A stretch of DNA of 64,000 bases. It comes from Macrostomum hystrix (taxonomy: Eukaryota > Animalia > Platyhelminthes). Each line of letters begins with the position of its first letter. Position 1 is the stretch's first letter. The position numbers were made by a program, and so were the translations under genes. The notes below the pieces were generated by a model. The model was not told the origin of the DNA, did not search any database, and saw nothing but the letters and a program-made list of their open reading frames with translations. The stretch lies in contig CATNEN010000033.1 in assembly GCA_950097015.1 (NCBI GenBank), forward strand, positions 558,001 to 622,000, given 5' to 3'. Positions 34,201-44,410 of the stretch are shown here, piece after piece.

Positions 34201-36008
34201 AAAAGGACAATTTGATCGTGTTTTAATCGTTTTATTTGGTGTTGTATTTTACTTTTCTATAAAATTCTGCTACCCGTTTATTTTTATATGCTATTTTTGC
34301 TACCCGTTTTATGCTATTGTTACTATAAATTTTGTCACGAGTTTCTTATTCCAAAATTTATATAGGGGAAGCCAGTTGAGGCAGGCCCTAATATTATCGC
34401 ATATATTTCTAAAGTTGAATCCCCGCCAAATGCTTTTTCCCGATTTTTATTCTTTGTTTTAATACACTATGTCATCCACCCCCAATTTTTGTATAAATAT
34501 AGCCACATTTTAGCCCTAGGAAAACCAACCGGTGCCCCGTGCCCAGTTCGGAGTGCAATAAAGGAGAATAAATCTCAAAGTGTTTTTCAATTATTTTACA
34601 GAGGAGAAAAGCAGGTCCGTGATAATACACAAGCCAGGAATATTCGAAAGAATAAAGAAGGGAATAGTCATAAAAAGCAGTGGAGTGTAAAAACTAAAGA
34701 GCAGAAGGGTAAATCCCGATTGGTGGAAAAGCACTGTGTGCAAAGTTGGGCAACTTCAGTCCATTGGAAGCCTTGAAGACTGGGAACAAACCAGAGAGCC
34801 AGACAGTTGTGAGTAAGTAGAGGAGAGGAAGAAGTGTCTTGCCGCTCGGACACTTGTGAGAACGCTACCAATTTTGGAAGGAAAGCAGCCTATCTGGCCA
34901 ATTTAAGCAATTTATGCCATAGTCTGGATCATGTCATTTACGCCGGAGATCTCCGGCGTAAATCTGGTTTGGGATCGGAGGCTGGCGTAAGTGCTTGGCA
35001 TAAGTACATGGCATAAATAAAGTGGCGTAAATGTTAGCACAAATGAGATCATTCACGATCAAATGTATCACTATAGAACATAACACATTTGCGTTAATTA
35101 TGATGTTAAGGAGCAGCATTAAAACAAAGTTCATTAAAATATTGCAGTTCGTATAAATGAGATAGCAGAATATCTATTGTAGGATAGCAAAAGTTTTTTT
35201 AGCTTTAAGATGCTTACTTTGATACTTGATTCAGAATTTGCAACTTGTGAGATTTTTAAACAGTTGCAACTTCTGAATTTAATTAATCACCGATTAACAA
35301 AAATTGTGAAGGACCTTTTTTGGGTGGCGTAAGTCAGAGGGACCATTTTTTGGTTGGCGTAAGTCTGGCGTAAGTGCCAAAAATGTTGGATTTTTCCTCC
35401 GGCGTAAGTCCAGCATGATCCGGACTATGGAATTTATGCATATGCAATAAGAGGATACATAGCTAGCCTATGAAGAATAACTAAGTCATAGACAAAGGAA
35501 ACTAAGAATTATTTCAGGGATTAAGTCAAGGTGTGAAATAAGCAATTGTTAATATTTAATAAAAGAGTATCGGTGGTATTTAAACCCAACAAAGAGGAAA
35601 TAGCCTACGACAACTTAGTGGCAGCTGTAAGATATTAGTAGAGAGCCCTAAAACACATATAACAGTGCTATATAATAATTATACTAAAATTTATATAATT
35701 AATCAACTATTATAATTATAATATGATTATAATAAATCTGATAATCATAAATTTAATTGACTAAAACAAAATATTCTGCAAGTAAGAGTAACCTAAATCT
35801 AAACAACTTTTTTATACTTACTGCAAAAAGGGAAAAAAATCAAGAAGCTATAACTTCTGCCGCCTTTATTTAATTAAAATTGTACAACAATCATGGTTTT
35901 TATAGAAAAAAATTTGATTATTGAATTTTTATTTCTAACTTAGCCCTTAGACTTACCTGCTGTAGAATCTGCAATAATGGCAAGAATGCAGAAAGTGATA
36001 AATCTCAT
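22251..36008 (-). CDS. PSAP: Prosaposin-like precursor: signal peptide, 1 saposin-A domain, 5 saposin-B domains; 6 exons
   Basis: Phase-consistent exons: 36008-35957 (MRFITFCILAIIADSTA, donor GTAAGT), 25400-24649 (GSNRCTWGPSYWC SapA; two SapB), 24368-24321 (EPKQICAGIKFC), 23932-23774 (ECQVCELLV..NRT..VCSLL), 23676-23044 (CVLCEYVI.., CDVCQTVI..DPKEICQ), 22367-22251 (TIGLCPK..stop). Each SapB has 6 Cys; four have the typical NRT/NAT glycosylation site. Confidence 0.92.
22485..22566. repeat. CA-rich microsatellite in the last prosaposin intron
   Basis: Degenerate (CA)n/CACC/CACT run. Confidence 0.8.
25580..25750 (+). pseudogene. Decayed mariner transposase fragment in prosaposin intron 1
   Basis: Translates LNHDNA*PHTAQKTANRLKFSLLLHPPYSPK.., i.e. 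the HDNARPH and HPPYSPDL motifs with a stop codon and decay. Confidence 0.7.
26312..27065 (+). repeat. 5' LTR of Gypsy A (754 bp)
   Basis: TGAGGCAGG..CCCTAAAACA; matches the 3' LTR apart from at least 3 substitutions, a 3-bp indel and the MITE. Confidence 0.96.
27069..27081 (+). promoter_or_regulatory. Primer-binding site, probably tRNA-Leu
   Basis: TGGTGTCAGCGGT 3 nt after the LTR; resembles Leu-type PBS sequences (TGGTGTCAGAAGT / TGGTGGCAGCGGT). Confidence 0.7.
27137..28021 (+). CDS. gag: Gag with CCHC zinc knuckle (Gypsy A)
   Basis: 294-aa ORF; capsid-like region and CFNCNKVGHIAKYC; ends at a G GGA AAC slippery site. Confidence 0.93.
   Translation: MAAGINDAIGLLAEELRNRLELGPMRHVKIQKYTPSQDIRIWLTAFDQRCDNEGLEQDEHRKNELLANLDLATAFAAVQRLNLPEELTYEELKERLVERFGRLGSSAEFREEFRGRMQGRNEPVDSFADALIELSAQAFPNMNAEQREEEVVEQFIKGARIPSDTREKLIFAQPASLQEARRMLRRIEAAWHMSHKNGVRVVKDEQVDEDRNKKMEETIERQKYEINKQKKLIEDLIQERRKAECQKVTPQHTYLKPQQQSRPPPTCFNCNKVGHIAKYCKSSQQQQRYRYQGN
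28012..32762 (+). CDS. pol: Pol (protease, RT, RNase H, integrase) of Gypsy A, reached by -1 frameshift; two extra +1 breaks
   Basis: ILDTGA protease; YIDD RT; DTDAS..TDH RNase H; HLGRDKT..CIPC, VDFIGP, TDNG, GLVERFN integrase. Breaks are at the T6 run 28558-28563 and near 29357-29363. Confidence 0.93.
28155..28335 (+). repeat. 15-bp coding repeat (SAPSA/SAPIA) in the gag-protease spacer
   Basis: GCGTCAGCACC(ATCT/CATT) about 9-11 times. Confidence 0.85.
33020..34201 (+). CDS. Additional ORF3 of Gypsy A (about 390 aa, one in-frame TGA at 33491-33493), function unknown
   Basis: Listed ORFs 32996-33493 and 33758-34201 share a frame, and the DNA between them reads open (P/Q-rich) after a single TGA. 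No signal peptide or TM segment. Confidence 0.7.
34377..35655 (+). repeat. 3' LTR of Gypsy A interrupted by a MITE
   Basis: 1279 bp = 757-bp LTR + 514-bp insert + 8-bp TSD. Confidence 0.95.
34917..35430. mobile_element. 514-bp MITE with 17-bp TIRs and 8-bp TSD
   Basis: CCATAGTCTGGATCATG ... CATGATCCGGACTATGG; TSD AATTTATG at 34909-34916 and 35431-35438; empty site visible in the 5' LTR; about 9 subterminal GGCGTAA motifs. Confidence 0.95.
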
Positions 36009-36491
36009 TGCAAAAAGTGGTGAACTTTAATTGGCTACAAACGAATTATGAAACTTAACGTTTCCTTGTTGGTAAACAAGCAATGTTTCTTGAAGTTCAG
36101 AAATATAGTCCTCCTAGACAAAAAGCACGCCAAGAAATTTCGGACTCTTGTGAAAGTTTGAAACAGAAAACTGGATTCAAGACAATACAAATTTATATAT
36201 AACCAATAAACTATATAAAAGTCATAATTCAGGCGCTTTAATTTGGGACAGTAAGTTTTTTATAACTAATTATGTTTTTATCTACATTGCGGGTGCATTT
36301 TAATGGTGATCATCAATCATAAAGTCTATAAAAATATTGTTTTACTGCTGCAAAACAAAGTTGAAGATTTATAACAGCGAATAATGGTATATTAAGTCAT
36401 TTATTATTTAATTATTATTTAATTCTGAAACCATAGACATAAGCGCATTATCAAAGAGACTAGCGTTTTCGGTTGATCATTATGTAACGCC

Positions 36492-39008
36492 CAGGGACAA
36501 CTAAAACCCTCGGGACGCGAAACGAGCCAATTCATGGAAAAAAACCTGAGGGGCTCGCTTAAAAGTATTGTTCTATGGCTTTTTCGAGTCTTCTCTGCTA
36601 TCAAGCAAATTAAAATTGTACCATGACTACGTGGCTATCGGGCGGGCTGATATTCGATTATTGCCATAGACGATGTCATTTTGGCCCGAAAAGTTGGGCC
36701 GATAATGGATTATTTTTGTGTATTTTAACGTATAGCCACATACTATAAGCCACATAGTCTATGGTACAATCACAGTATTACCCAGGCTTTGCGGGCGATA
36801 ATGAGAAATCCCTCGGGCGCCTTCGGCGCCCTCTGGCTTTCCCATTATCGCCCTGAAAGCCTGGGTAATAATATACTATTGCTTTAGCTGCGGCCACCAG
36901 TGAAGCTAAGCTGAACTATATCAAGAGAAGCATTTTTTATTCACTTGATGAAATGCCAAGAAAGTGCAGCGCATTTCCGTGCTCGTCAAATTACAACTCT
37001 GAAGCCGTTCGAACACGGATATTTGCGTTTCCCAGAGATCCACAGGAGCGAGAGCGATGGAGAAAGGCGCTGCCAAATATTCTACAGGTAAGAAACCAGA
37101 TCATTTGCTGTCATTACTGCTGCATAATTCCGCTTCAATTCTGCCTGCCGGTCTCGTCCAAGCAACTTGAAACCCAAAATTTATTATTTTAGAGAGTGAC
37201 TGACAATAGGGGCGTGTGCGTAAAGCATTGGCCAAGCGATGCTCCAATGGTTAAGAAAAACTCTACCGGAAGGCCAATTAATCCTCCTTCGATTGTTTTT
37301 ATTGGAATTCCTAGCTCGACCTTCTGGGTCGAGCCGTCGACGATCCGGACCAGGTTGCTAGGACAATTTTGGCCATAATGGTAAAGCCATTACTTGGTGG
37401 AAAACCGTTTGTAGTCCGACTATTGCCGACATACATTTTGTCTGCGGAGTTTCTGCGAAAATGCGTCAGCCAATGTATTAAAGCAATTAACAACAACGGT
37501 GGCCGTGTCGTTGCTCTCGTCAGCGACAAGCACCTACCAACCGCAAGTGTTTTGCTTTATTTAGCGATGGAAGAGAGAAGCCATGGATTGGAACGGATGC
37601 TGCACATGAGTCAGAATTCTTCATGCTGTTCGATTTCGTTCACATTATCAAATGCATTCGCAACAATTGGCAAATGGAAGCGAATGGAATTCTAAGCATT
37701 CAACCTCCTGGCGCTGACAGACAGATATCTGCTAAATGGTCAGACGTGGTACGCCTGTACCAAATGGAGAAAGACCACGTAGTCAAGCGCACAAGTCTAA
37801 CTCATGAGGCCTGTTATCCCACAAACATTCAGAAAACTAAAGTCAGTCTCGCTCTCCAAGTTCTCGATGAAAGGGTTGCCGCTGCATTGAAGTGTGATGG
37901 ATACTCAGACACTGCGGAATTTATCAAAACCATAGTGAGATTCTGGAAAATTGTCAATTGTAAAAATCCTGATCTACACGCACGACTACGGGATCCGGAC
38001 AGGCGACCAGTCTATTCCGTTTAAGATGAAAGCATACAATTTCTTAGCGCGCTCGCGGATTCGTTTGATTCGACACATTGTGGAAAAGGCCGAGCTCGCC
38101 ATCATTCATTGACGCCCGAGACCAAGTCAGCGCTAGTAAACTCACTGCGCGGAGCCTGTGAGATGTGTGAGGTTCTTTTGTCCGACCCACGAATCAGCTA
38201 CGTTCTGCTGGCTGACTTTCACAGTGATCCACTTGAGGCTGAGTTTGGCGTGTATCGCCAAATGAGCGGCGGCAACTACTATGTATCTGTGGAGCAAGTG
38301 CTGCTCAATGCTCGACTCCGACGAATGAAATTATTCGCATCCCTTGAATTAGCAGACTACAAGCACGATCGGAGCAAATGTTGCAATGAACAGCTGAATG
38401 AAATTGAACTGGCGACCATTGATAATTGTGCTGCTAAATCAGAAGAGCTTTCCATTTCGGAGATGGCTTCGCTCTACTATATCGCAGGTAAGCTGGATAT
38501 TAATTAAAATTTAATTCACAACGAGGTTTTACTCAATCTGATAAAAACCAATTCAAACCGTGCTTTATTGGAAATTGGCAGGTTACACAGCGTCTAAAGA
38601 AGGCATCAAAGGAACAGATTTGATATCAGAGACGAGCATTCCAGCCAGCGAATTCACTGAAGAGTTATCTCGCGGAAAGCTTTGTCATCCTCCACAATGG
38701 CTGTTAGACTTATCCTGTCTCTGCTACAGCAGTTTTATTCTGCACTCTCCTACGTGCGCAACTCGCGTGCAGAATTTTTTGTTGATATGGCGGTTACTTT
38801 ATTGTAAATACATTGTAATTATATGACTGGTTCCTATTCTTTAAATTAAATACTCGACATTGCCTCGCTTTACTATTTAATCTAACCGTTAATGCCTGAT
38901 AGCAGAGAAGACTTGAAAAAGCCATAGAACAATACTTTTAAGCGAGCCCCTCAGATTTTTTGCCATGAATTGGCTCGTTTCGCGTCCCGAGGGTTTTAGT
39001 TGTCCCTG
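36492..39008 (+). mobile_element. P-superfamily (THAP) DNA transposon, non-autonomous derivative
   Basis: About 115-bp TIRs starting CAGGGACAAC; perfect 8-bp TSD GTAACGCC (36484-36491 / 39009-39016); internal THAP-P transposase. Confidence 0.92.
36953..38826 (+). pseudogene. THAP-domain P-element transposase, spliced, internally deleted and frameshifted
   Basis: THAP MPRKCSAFPC..FPRDP..RW | intron 37088-37192 | VCVKHW..PPSI; DFVHIIKCIRNN; LTHEACYPTNIQKTKVSLA; SDPLEAEFGVYRQMSGGN; YYIAG | intron 38488-38581 | YTA. Confidence 0.88.
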
Positions 39009-39055
39009 GTAACGCCATTAAGCCACGCCATTAAGTAACACTGCAGTGTCTTCGT

Positions 39056-40756
39056 GCCATAGATAATGGCTCGGCAGTGAGCAGGGTCAAGGGAGCGCAG
39101 CTCCCTTGCGGGGGTGTGGGGGCAGAGCCCCGACTAATCGGACCATAGACAATTTTTAGAATACAGTTCTCTAAAAGAAAAGCTCGACCATGAAGTCTGT
39201 TAGGAAGTTAAGATCTAGAAGCAAGAATTAGCGAGAGAAATCGAATTAAAAATGCCTCTTATCAACTGGAAAAATCTACCGGTCGACAGTTTAGATGGCG
39301 TCTCGTCTACTGAACTAGATTTTCTGAGTGAACTGAGCGCCGTGAACCACAGTTCCGATGAAATTCTTGGAGATTTTATCGACACCTGTCTAAAATCGAG
39401 ATGGCTGATGAGGCCGCTGCGGTTTCTAGTGTCGAGCTTCCAGAACTGTCTGATTTACCCAGTGCGATGGATGCTGTCGAACTGGAATCACTGCCGAGAA
39501 CTACACGAGAACACATGTTTCTGTATGGCAAAATGTTCGTGGAGTTTTTGAAGAAGCATGGTGCTGTGGATGTGAGCGTGATCAGTGACAGTCGCTTGGC
39601 CGAATTTCTAAGGTTCTTTTACTTCTGTCTAAAAAAATCTGACGTCAGTTGCTATTCGCCAGCTACGTTGGTCTGCATTCGTGCTGGAGTGCAGAGGTAC
39701 TTGGCTCTCGTGCTGAAGCGTCGAACAAATATTATTTCTAGTGACGAGTTTGACACTGCCAACCGGATGCTGCGAGTAAAGGTGCGGCATTTTCATGCTG
39801 ATGGAGGCACTGTCAATCAGCACGAGCCAATAGAAGAAGGTGATTTACAGAAAATGCGTGCTTATTTTGACCGTTCTACAGCTGAACGGTTGCAAAATGA
39901 AGTACTATTTACGCTGCTGTATGTCCTGGGCGAGAGAGGTCAAGACCACCTGCTAAGTCTAAAGCAAGTTGGCACGCTCCAAGAAGAAGTCGACGCTGAT
40001 GGGAATCCATATCTTGCGTTGCCGCCGTTAAAGACAAAAAACCAGAGTAGCGATCCAACAAAATGCAAAGGAAATCAGCGCAAACAGAGTCGGATCTACG
40101 GCGCTCAGCGGGAGTTGATCCTGCATTATCAGAGTTTGTTACCTCAGAATTCGTCCTCGTTCTTTCCGTGCCCTCTGACTAACAATTCGGGAGGACAAAT
40201 TCGCTTCTCTGCTATATACGCAAGTGCGCGGTGTCAATTGGTTGGCTGCATTCATGAAGCACGTTAGTAGTGTGTGCAACCTCTCCAAGCAGTACACAAA
40301 TCACTGCATACGCGTCACGCGTATTGCAGATCTTTTCGACAAAGGAATGCCTATGGGTGAGATAATGGCGGTAACGGGACAACGATCGGAGTCCACTGTT
40401 CGCACGCACGCAAGCGTGATAGAACCCTCAGGAAGGTTGCTACCGCTGTTAGTGACAATTTGGCCCCACCAACCGAGGCGACTACGAGTGCAACCACTAG
40501 TGCAACAGTCATGCAGCAAGCTCAAGTTGACATGCGAAGTGTGCAAAAGCCGATGTTTGCCAACTGCCTCTTCGATGGGTGCACGTTCAACTTCTAACAT
40601 AGAATATATAGCTCGATATAGCTTATAAGTCTTAACTGTCGAAAATTAAATACTTTGGTATTCGTTTGCTTTGCTATATCCTCGATCTGTTTCCTGTTTA
40701 AGTTCTTGTTGCTTAAATTAATAAAAACAGTGAATTTCTCGCTCATAATCTATGGC
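39056..40756 (+). mobile_element. Crypton-like tyrosine-recombinase element with short inverted termini
   Basis: Ends GCCATAGATAATG / CATAATCTATGGC; no TSD found; contains a YR gene; subterminal hairpins at 39089-39131. Confidence 0.6.
39401..40597 (+). pseudogene. Crypton/DUF3504-type tyrosine recombinase, frameshifted
   Basis: YSPATLVCIRAGVQRYL, LGERG (catalytic R), KTKNQ (K), YTNHCIR (HxxR), VTGQRSES; C-terminal MFANCLFDGCTFNF. Frame breaks near 40215 and 40405; catalytic Tyr not evident. Confidence 0.82.
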
Positions 40757-40996
40757 AATTTATCGTGACTTAACAGCTTTGTAGTGTGTGGCAATGCATC
40801 GTACATATGCGTTCACTTCTCTGGGTGTCTAATGTACATCAACCGCGTGCATGCCTTTCTCTCTCACTTTTACACCTTGGCACTGATTGCTATTTAACTC
40901 GTGAGTCAATAAATAAATCGCTGTAAATCTTCGTCAACTCTAAGTCGCAGTCTCTCTGCCTTAGTCCACAAGTGGTAGCAGAGCGTGGTTTCCACA

Positions 40997-41797
40997 ATGG
41001 CTGAGAAAGCTAGTGCAGCGCTGCCCAGAGTATTCAGTGCAGGCAACTTTAAAGAATGGCTGCAGCGTTTTGAAGTTTGTGCCAAAGTGAACAAGTGGGA
41101 CGCTTGCAAGGCGGAGCGACTGGCAACTTTTCTAGACGGCGAAGCCCTTGTCGTCTATTTGGAACTGTCTGCAGCCGATCAGGCAGAATTCGGCAAAGTT
41201 ACTGGAGCACTGGAGAATGCTTTCCACCCGGACCGAGAGCACTTCGCCGTCATGGAGGCGTTCAAGGCGAGGAGAATTTTGGCAAGTGAGACTCCACGCA
41301 TGTACCTGTACGAGTTGAAGAAACTGCTGCAGAGCTCTGCCGTGGTCGATGTGAATGCTCGAGAAGCCCTGCTGTTTCATCAGTTTATCTGTGGCCTGCC
41401 AGACTCCGTGGGCTGGCAGATTCGAGCAGACACCAACATCAAGACCTCAGAGCAAGCGCTTGAAAAGGCTCAGCTACTGATGCAGCACAATTCAGCAGCA
41501 ACGCAAGCAGCTGCGGTACAGCCTCGGCAGAGCCAGTCCAGCGAAGTACAGGAGCTGCGGGACACAGTGCAGAGTCTGCAGGCCTCAGTGAGTACATTGA
41601 GCACCCAGCTGGAGCAGCTGGCAGCCTGTGGAGTGAGAAGCAGCAGTACAGCAAGGCCACACCGACCGAGATCCGATATCGTCTGCTACAACTGCCACAA
41701 AACCGGCCACATCGCCAAGGACTGCTACAGCCGGCGGCAGCAGTCGGGAAACGCCAGAGGCTGGGGTGGGCGGGCCCGCCACCTCGGCCAGCAGTAA
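40997..41797 (+). CDS. gag: Gag with CCHC knuckle (Gypsy B)
   Basis: CYNCHKTGHIAKDC followed by a G GGA AAC slippery site at 41746-41752. Confidence 0.92.
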   Translation: MAEKASAALPRVFSAGNFKEWLQRFEVCAKVNKWDACKAERLATFLDGEALVVYLELSAADQAEFGKVTGALENAFHPDREHFAVMEAFKARRILASETPRMYLYELKKLLQSSAVVDVNAREALLFHQFICGLPDSVGWQIRADTNIKTSEQALEKAQLLMQHNSAATQAAAVQPRQSQSSEVQELRDTVQSLQASVSTLSTQLEQLAACGVRSSSTARPHRPRSDIVCYNCHKTGHIAKDCYSRRQQSGNARGWGGRARHLGQQ

Positions 41798-44410
41798 CTG
41801 CGGGTTCACCAGCGCAGGTTCCGGGGCCAGCGCTCGCAGTCGGCGGGGTCTTCAGTGGATGCAGCGTTACGCCCGACCGACTTTCGCAGTTTGAGTGCAA
41901 GCTTGATGGTAGAAGTGTAAAGGCGCTTTTAGACACCGGCAGCCAGTGCTCACTGGTCGACTCCAGCATTCTGACGAAATCGCAGCTCAGCCGCGCAACT
42001 TCAGCCGGAGTGCAGCTGCACTCGGTGAACAAGCAGCCAATCAGCATCGAGTGGCAGATCGAGTTGCCGCTCACAGTCGGGAAAGTGACAGCGCTGCATT
42101 TGTTCTACGTGGTGTCCGATTTGGTTTGTCCTGTCATCGTCGGGATCGACTTCATCGGCAAGCACCGTTTGCAGCTGGACTTCAAGGCCAACCCTGCAGC
42201 TGCTGGTCGTATCTGCAGTGCAAGGTTCCAGAGTGAGACGGACGACCAAGTTGACATCGAGGATGCTCTCGTGCCCGAGTTCAGCTGCGTGGATTTTGAG
42301 CTGCCAACCACCGATGACCCCGAAGTTCAGCGACTGCTGATGGAGTTCAAGGACGTGTTCAAGAAGAAGCCGGGACTTACGCACCTCCAGCAGCATCGAA
42401 TTGTTCTCGCTGATGAGGTGCCAGTTCGTGTCCCACCGCGCCGAATGCCCGTGCACTACCGGGAGAAGGCGGAGCTGCTGATTCAGGAGCTGCTGGAGAA
42501 CGACGTGATCGAACTGAGCGAGAGTCCGTACGTGGCTCCACCGGTGTACGTGACCAAGAAGGACGGCAGTCTGCGGCTGACCATCGACTACAGAGAGCTC
42601 AACAAGAAGACGATTCGGTCGGCGCAAAGAATTCCGCTAATGGAGGAGGCACGAGATCGAATAGCGGGCAGCACGGTGTTCTCAGTGCTGGATCTCAATG
42701 GAGGTTACTTTCAGATCCCTCTGGCTGAAGAAGACAGACAGAAGACGGCCTTTAGCCCTGGACCAGGGATGCCGCTATACCAATTTAAGAGAATGCCTCA
42801 AGGCCTGTCAGGTGGCCCCAGCACGTTCTGCATGCTTATGTCCAAAGTTTTCAATGGCTGTGACTTCGTCTTCACGTTTTTCGATGACAGCCTGTGCTTC
42901 TCAAAGACCAGGAAGGAGCATCTGCTGCAACTGCGAGAGGCACTTCAGCGTGTCCGAGCAGCCGGACTGACACTGAGAGGCTCCAAGTGCAAGATCGCGG
43001 TGCCTGAAGTGACTTTCCTCGGCATGCGCTATTCAAAGGAGGGAGCTCAGCCAAGCAAAGAGAAGCTGGAAGCGATTCAGCAGTGGAAGGAGCCGAGGTC
43101 AGTCAAGGAGATCCGCCAGTTTATCGGCCTGTGCAACCAGTACCGCCGCCATGTCGCCAACTTCGCTGCCATCGCTGCACCACTTCACCACCTGACTGGC
43201 AAGGGCGTGGCGTTTGAGTGGACTGCAGAGTGCCAAGCTGCCTTCGACGAGCTCAAGATCTGCCTGATGAGTCCTCCGATCCTGGTGAACCCGGACTTTT
43301 CCAAGGAGTTCGCTGTCTTCACGGATGCCAGCGGCAGTGGGGTCGGTGCAATCCTGAAGCAAGGCGATGCAGTGATCGAGTTTTCGAGCAGGGCGTTCAA
43401 CTCGGCGGAGAAAAAGTACTCGGCAACAGAGAAGGAGTGTCTGGCCATCCTGCACGCTTTCAAAGTCTTCCGGCATTACTTGCTTGGCAAGCATTTCACG
43501 GTGCACACGGATCACTGCCCGCTCACCTACATCGATTCCCAGAGAATCGATAGCTATGGTAGGCTGGGTCGCTGGCGGCTGCTGCTCCAAGAGTTCGACT
43601 TCACCGTCAAGTACCGCAGAGGTGTGGAGAATTCTGATGCCGACGCGCTGTCCAGGCTGCACGCCCCGGAAATTGCAGCGACTCAACTGACAGCAGAAAT
43701 CGGCTCGGAAGAGCTCAAAACTGCTCAGCGGCAAGATCCAGAGCTTAGTCAGGTGATTCAAGCGATCGTCAACGAGCCAGACGTGCCTCCAAGATGGCGT
43801 TCAGGACCGCTGCAGCAGCTGAGCAGAATCTGGAGGAAGCTGAAGCTGAATGATGACGGAGTTCTCTCCCGCAAGTTCAACGACCTGGACGGACTGAGGG
43901 AAGTTCCAGTGGTGCCGGCATTTCTACGACACCAGTTCCTAGCAGACGCTCACGAAGGTCTGGGAGGCCACTTCGGTGCCGAGAAATGCTACCGCACGCT
44001 CAAGCTGACTGCCTACTGGCCGGGCATGGCTGAGGATGTCCTGCAGCACTGGCGAGCAGCAGAGCGACTGCAACAGGTCAGCCGGGCAGCTGCGCAGATT
44101 CGGCCAGGGCGACGAGGTGCTGCTGCGCATCGAGCTGAGGGGCTCCAAGCTGGCGCCGTACTGGGACCCCGGCTGGCGGGTGCTGTCCCAGCGCAATCTG
44201 GTGGTCGAGATCGGCAAGAATGGCAAGACGCGCAGAGTGAACGTAAACCGCCTTCGGCCGCTGTTCCTGCCGGCACCCGACGTTGAGCGTTTCGAGCAGC
44301 CGCCCTTCGCGCACGAGCTGCACGGCGGCGGAGACGCTGCGGACGAGCTGCCCCAGAGGCGCTACCCGGTGCGGAGGCGGATGCCGGTTGATCGATATGT
44401 GCCGGGTTGA
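41746..44410 (+). pseudogene. pol: Pol of Gypsy B: PR, RT, RNase H and integrase HH motif, then deletion to the C-terminal GPY/F-like tail
   Basis: The -1 frame reads open into ALLDTGS, FFDD, FTDASG..TDH and HEGLGGHFG..YWPGM. At about 44050 it switches frame to FGQGDEVLL..KLAPYWDPGWRV..NVNRLRP with no DDE core. Confidence 0.9.

Larger units (their letters stand above)
26312..35655 (+). mobile_element. Full-length Ty3/Gypsy LTR retrotransposon A, antisense in prosaposin intron 1
   Basis: TG..CA LTRs, 4-bp TSD CATA (26308-26311 / 35656-35659), PBS, gag, pol in PR-RT-RH-IN order, extra 3' ORF, and a purine-rich stretch (AGGGGAAG) just before the 3' LTR. Confidence 0.97.

Noticed and set aside
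33020-34201. Env call for Gypsy ORF3
   Set aside because: No signal peptide, furin site or transmembrane anchor.
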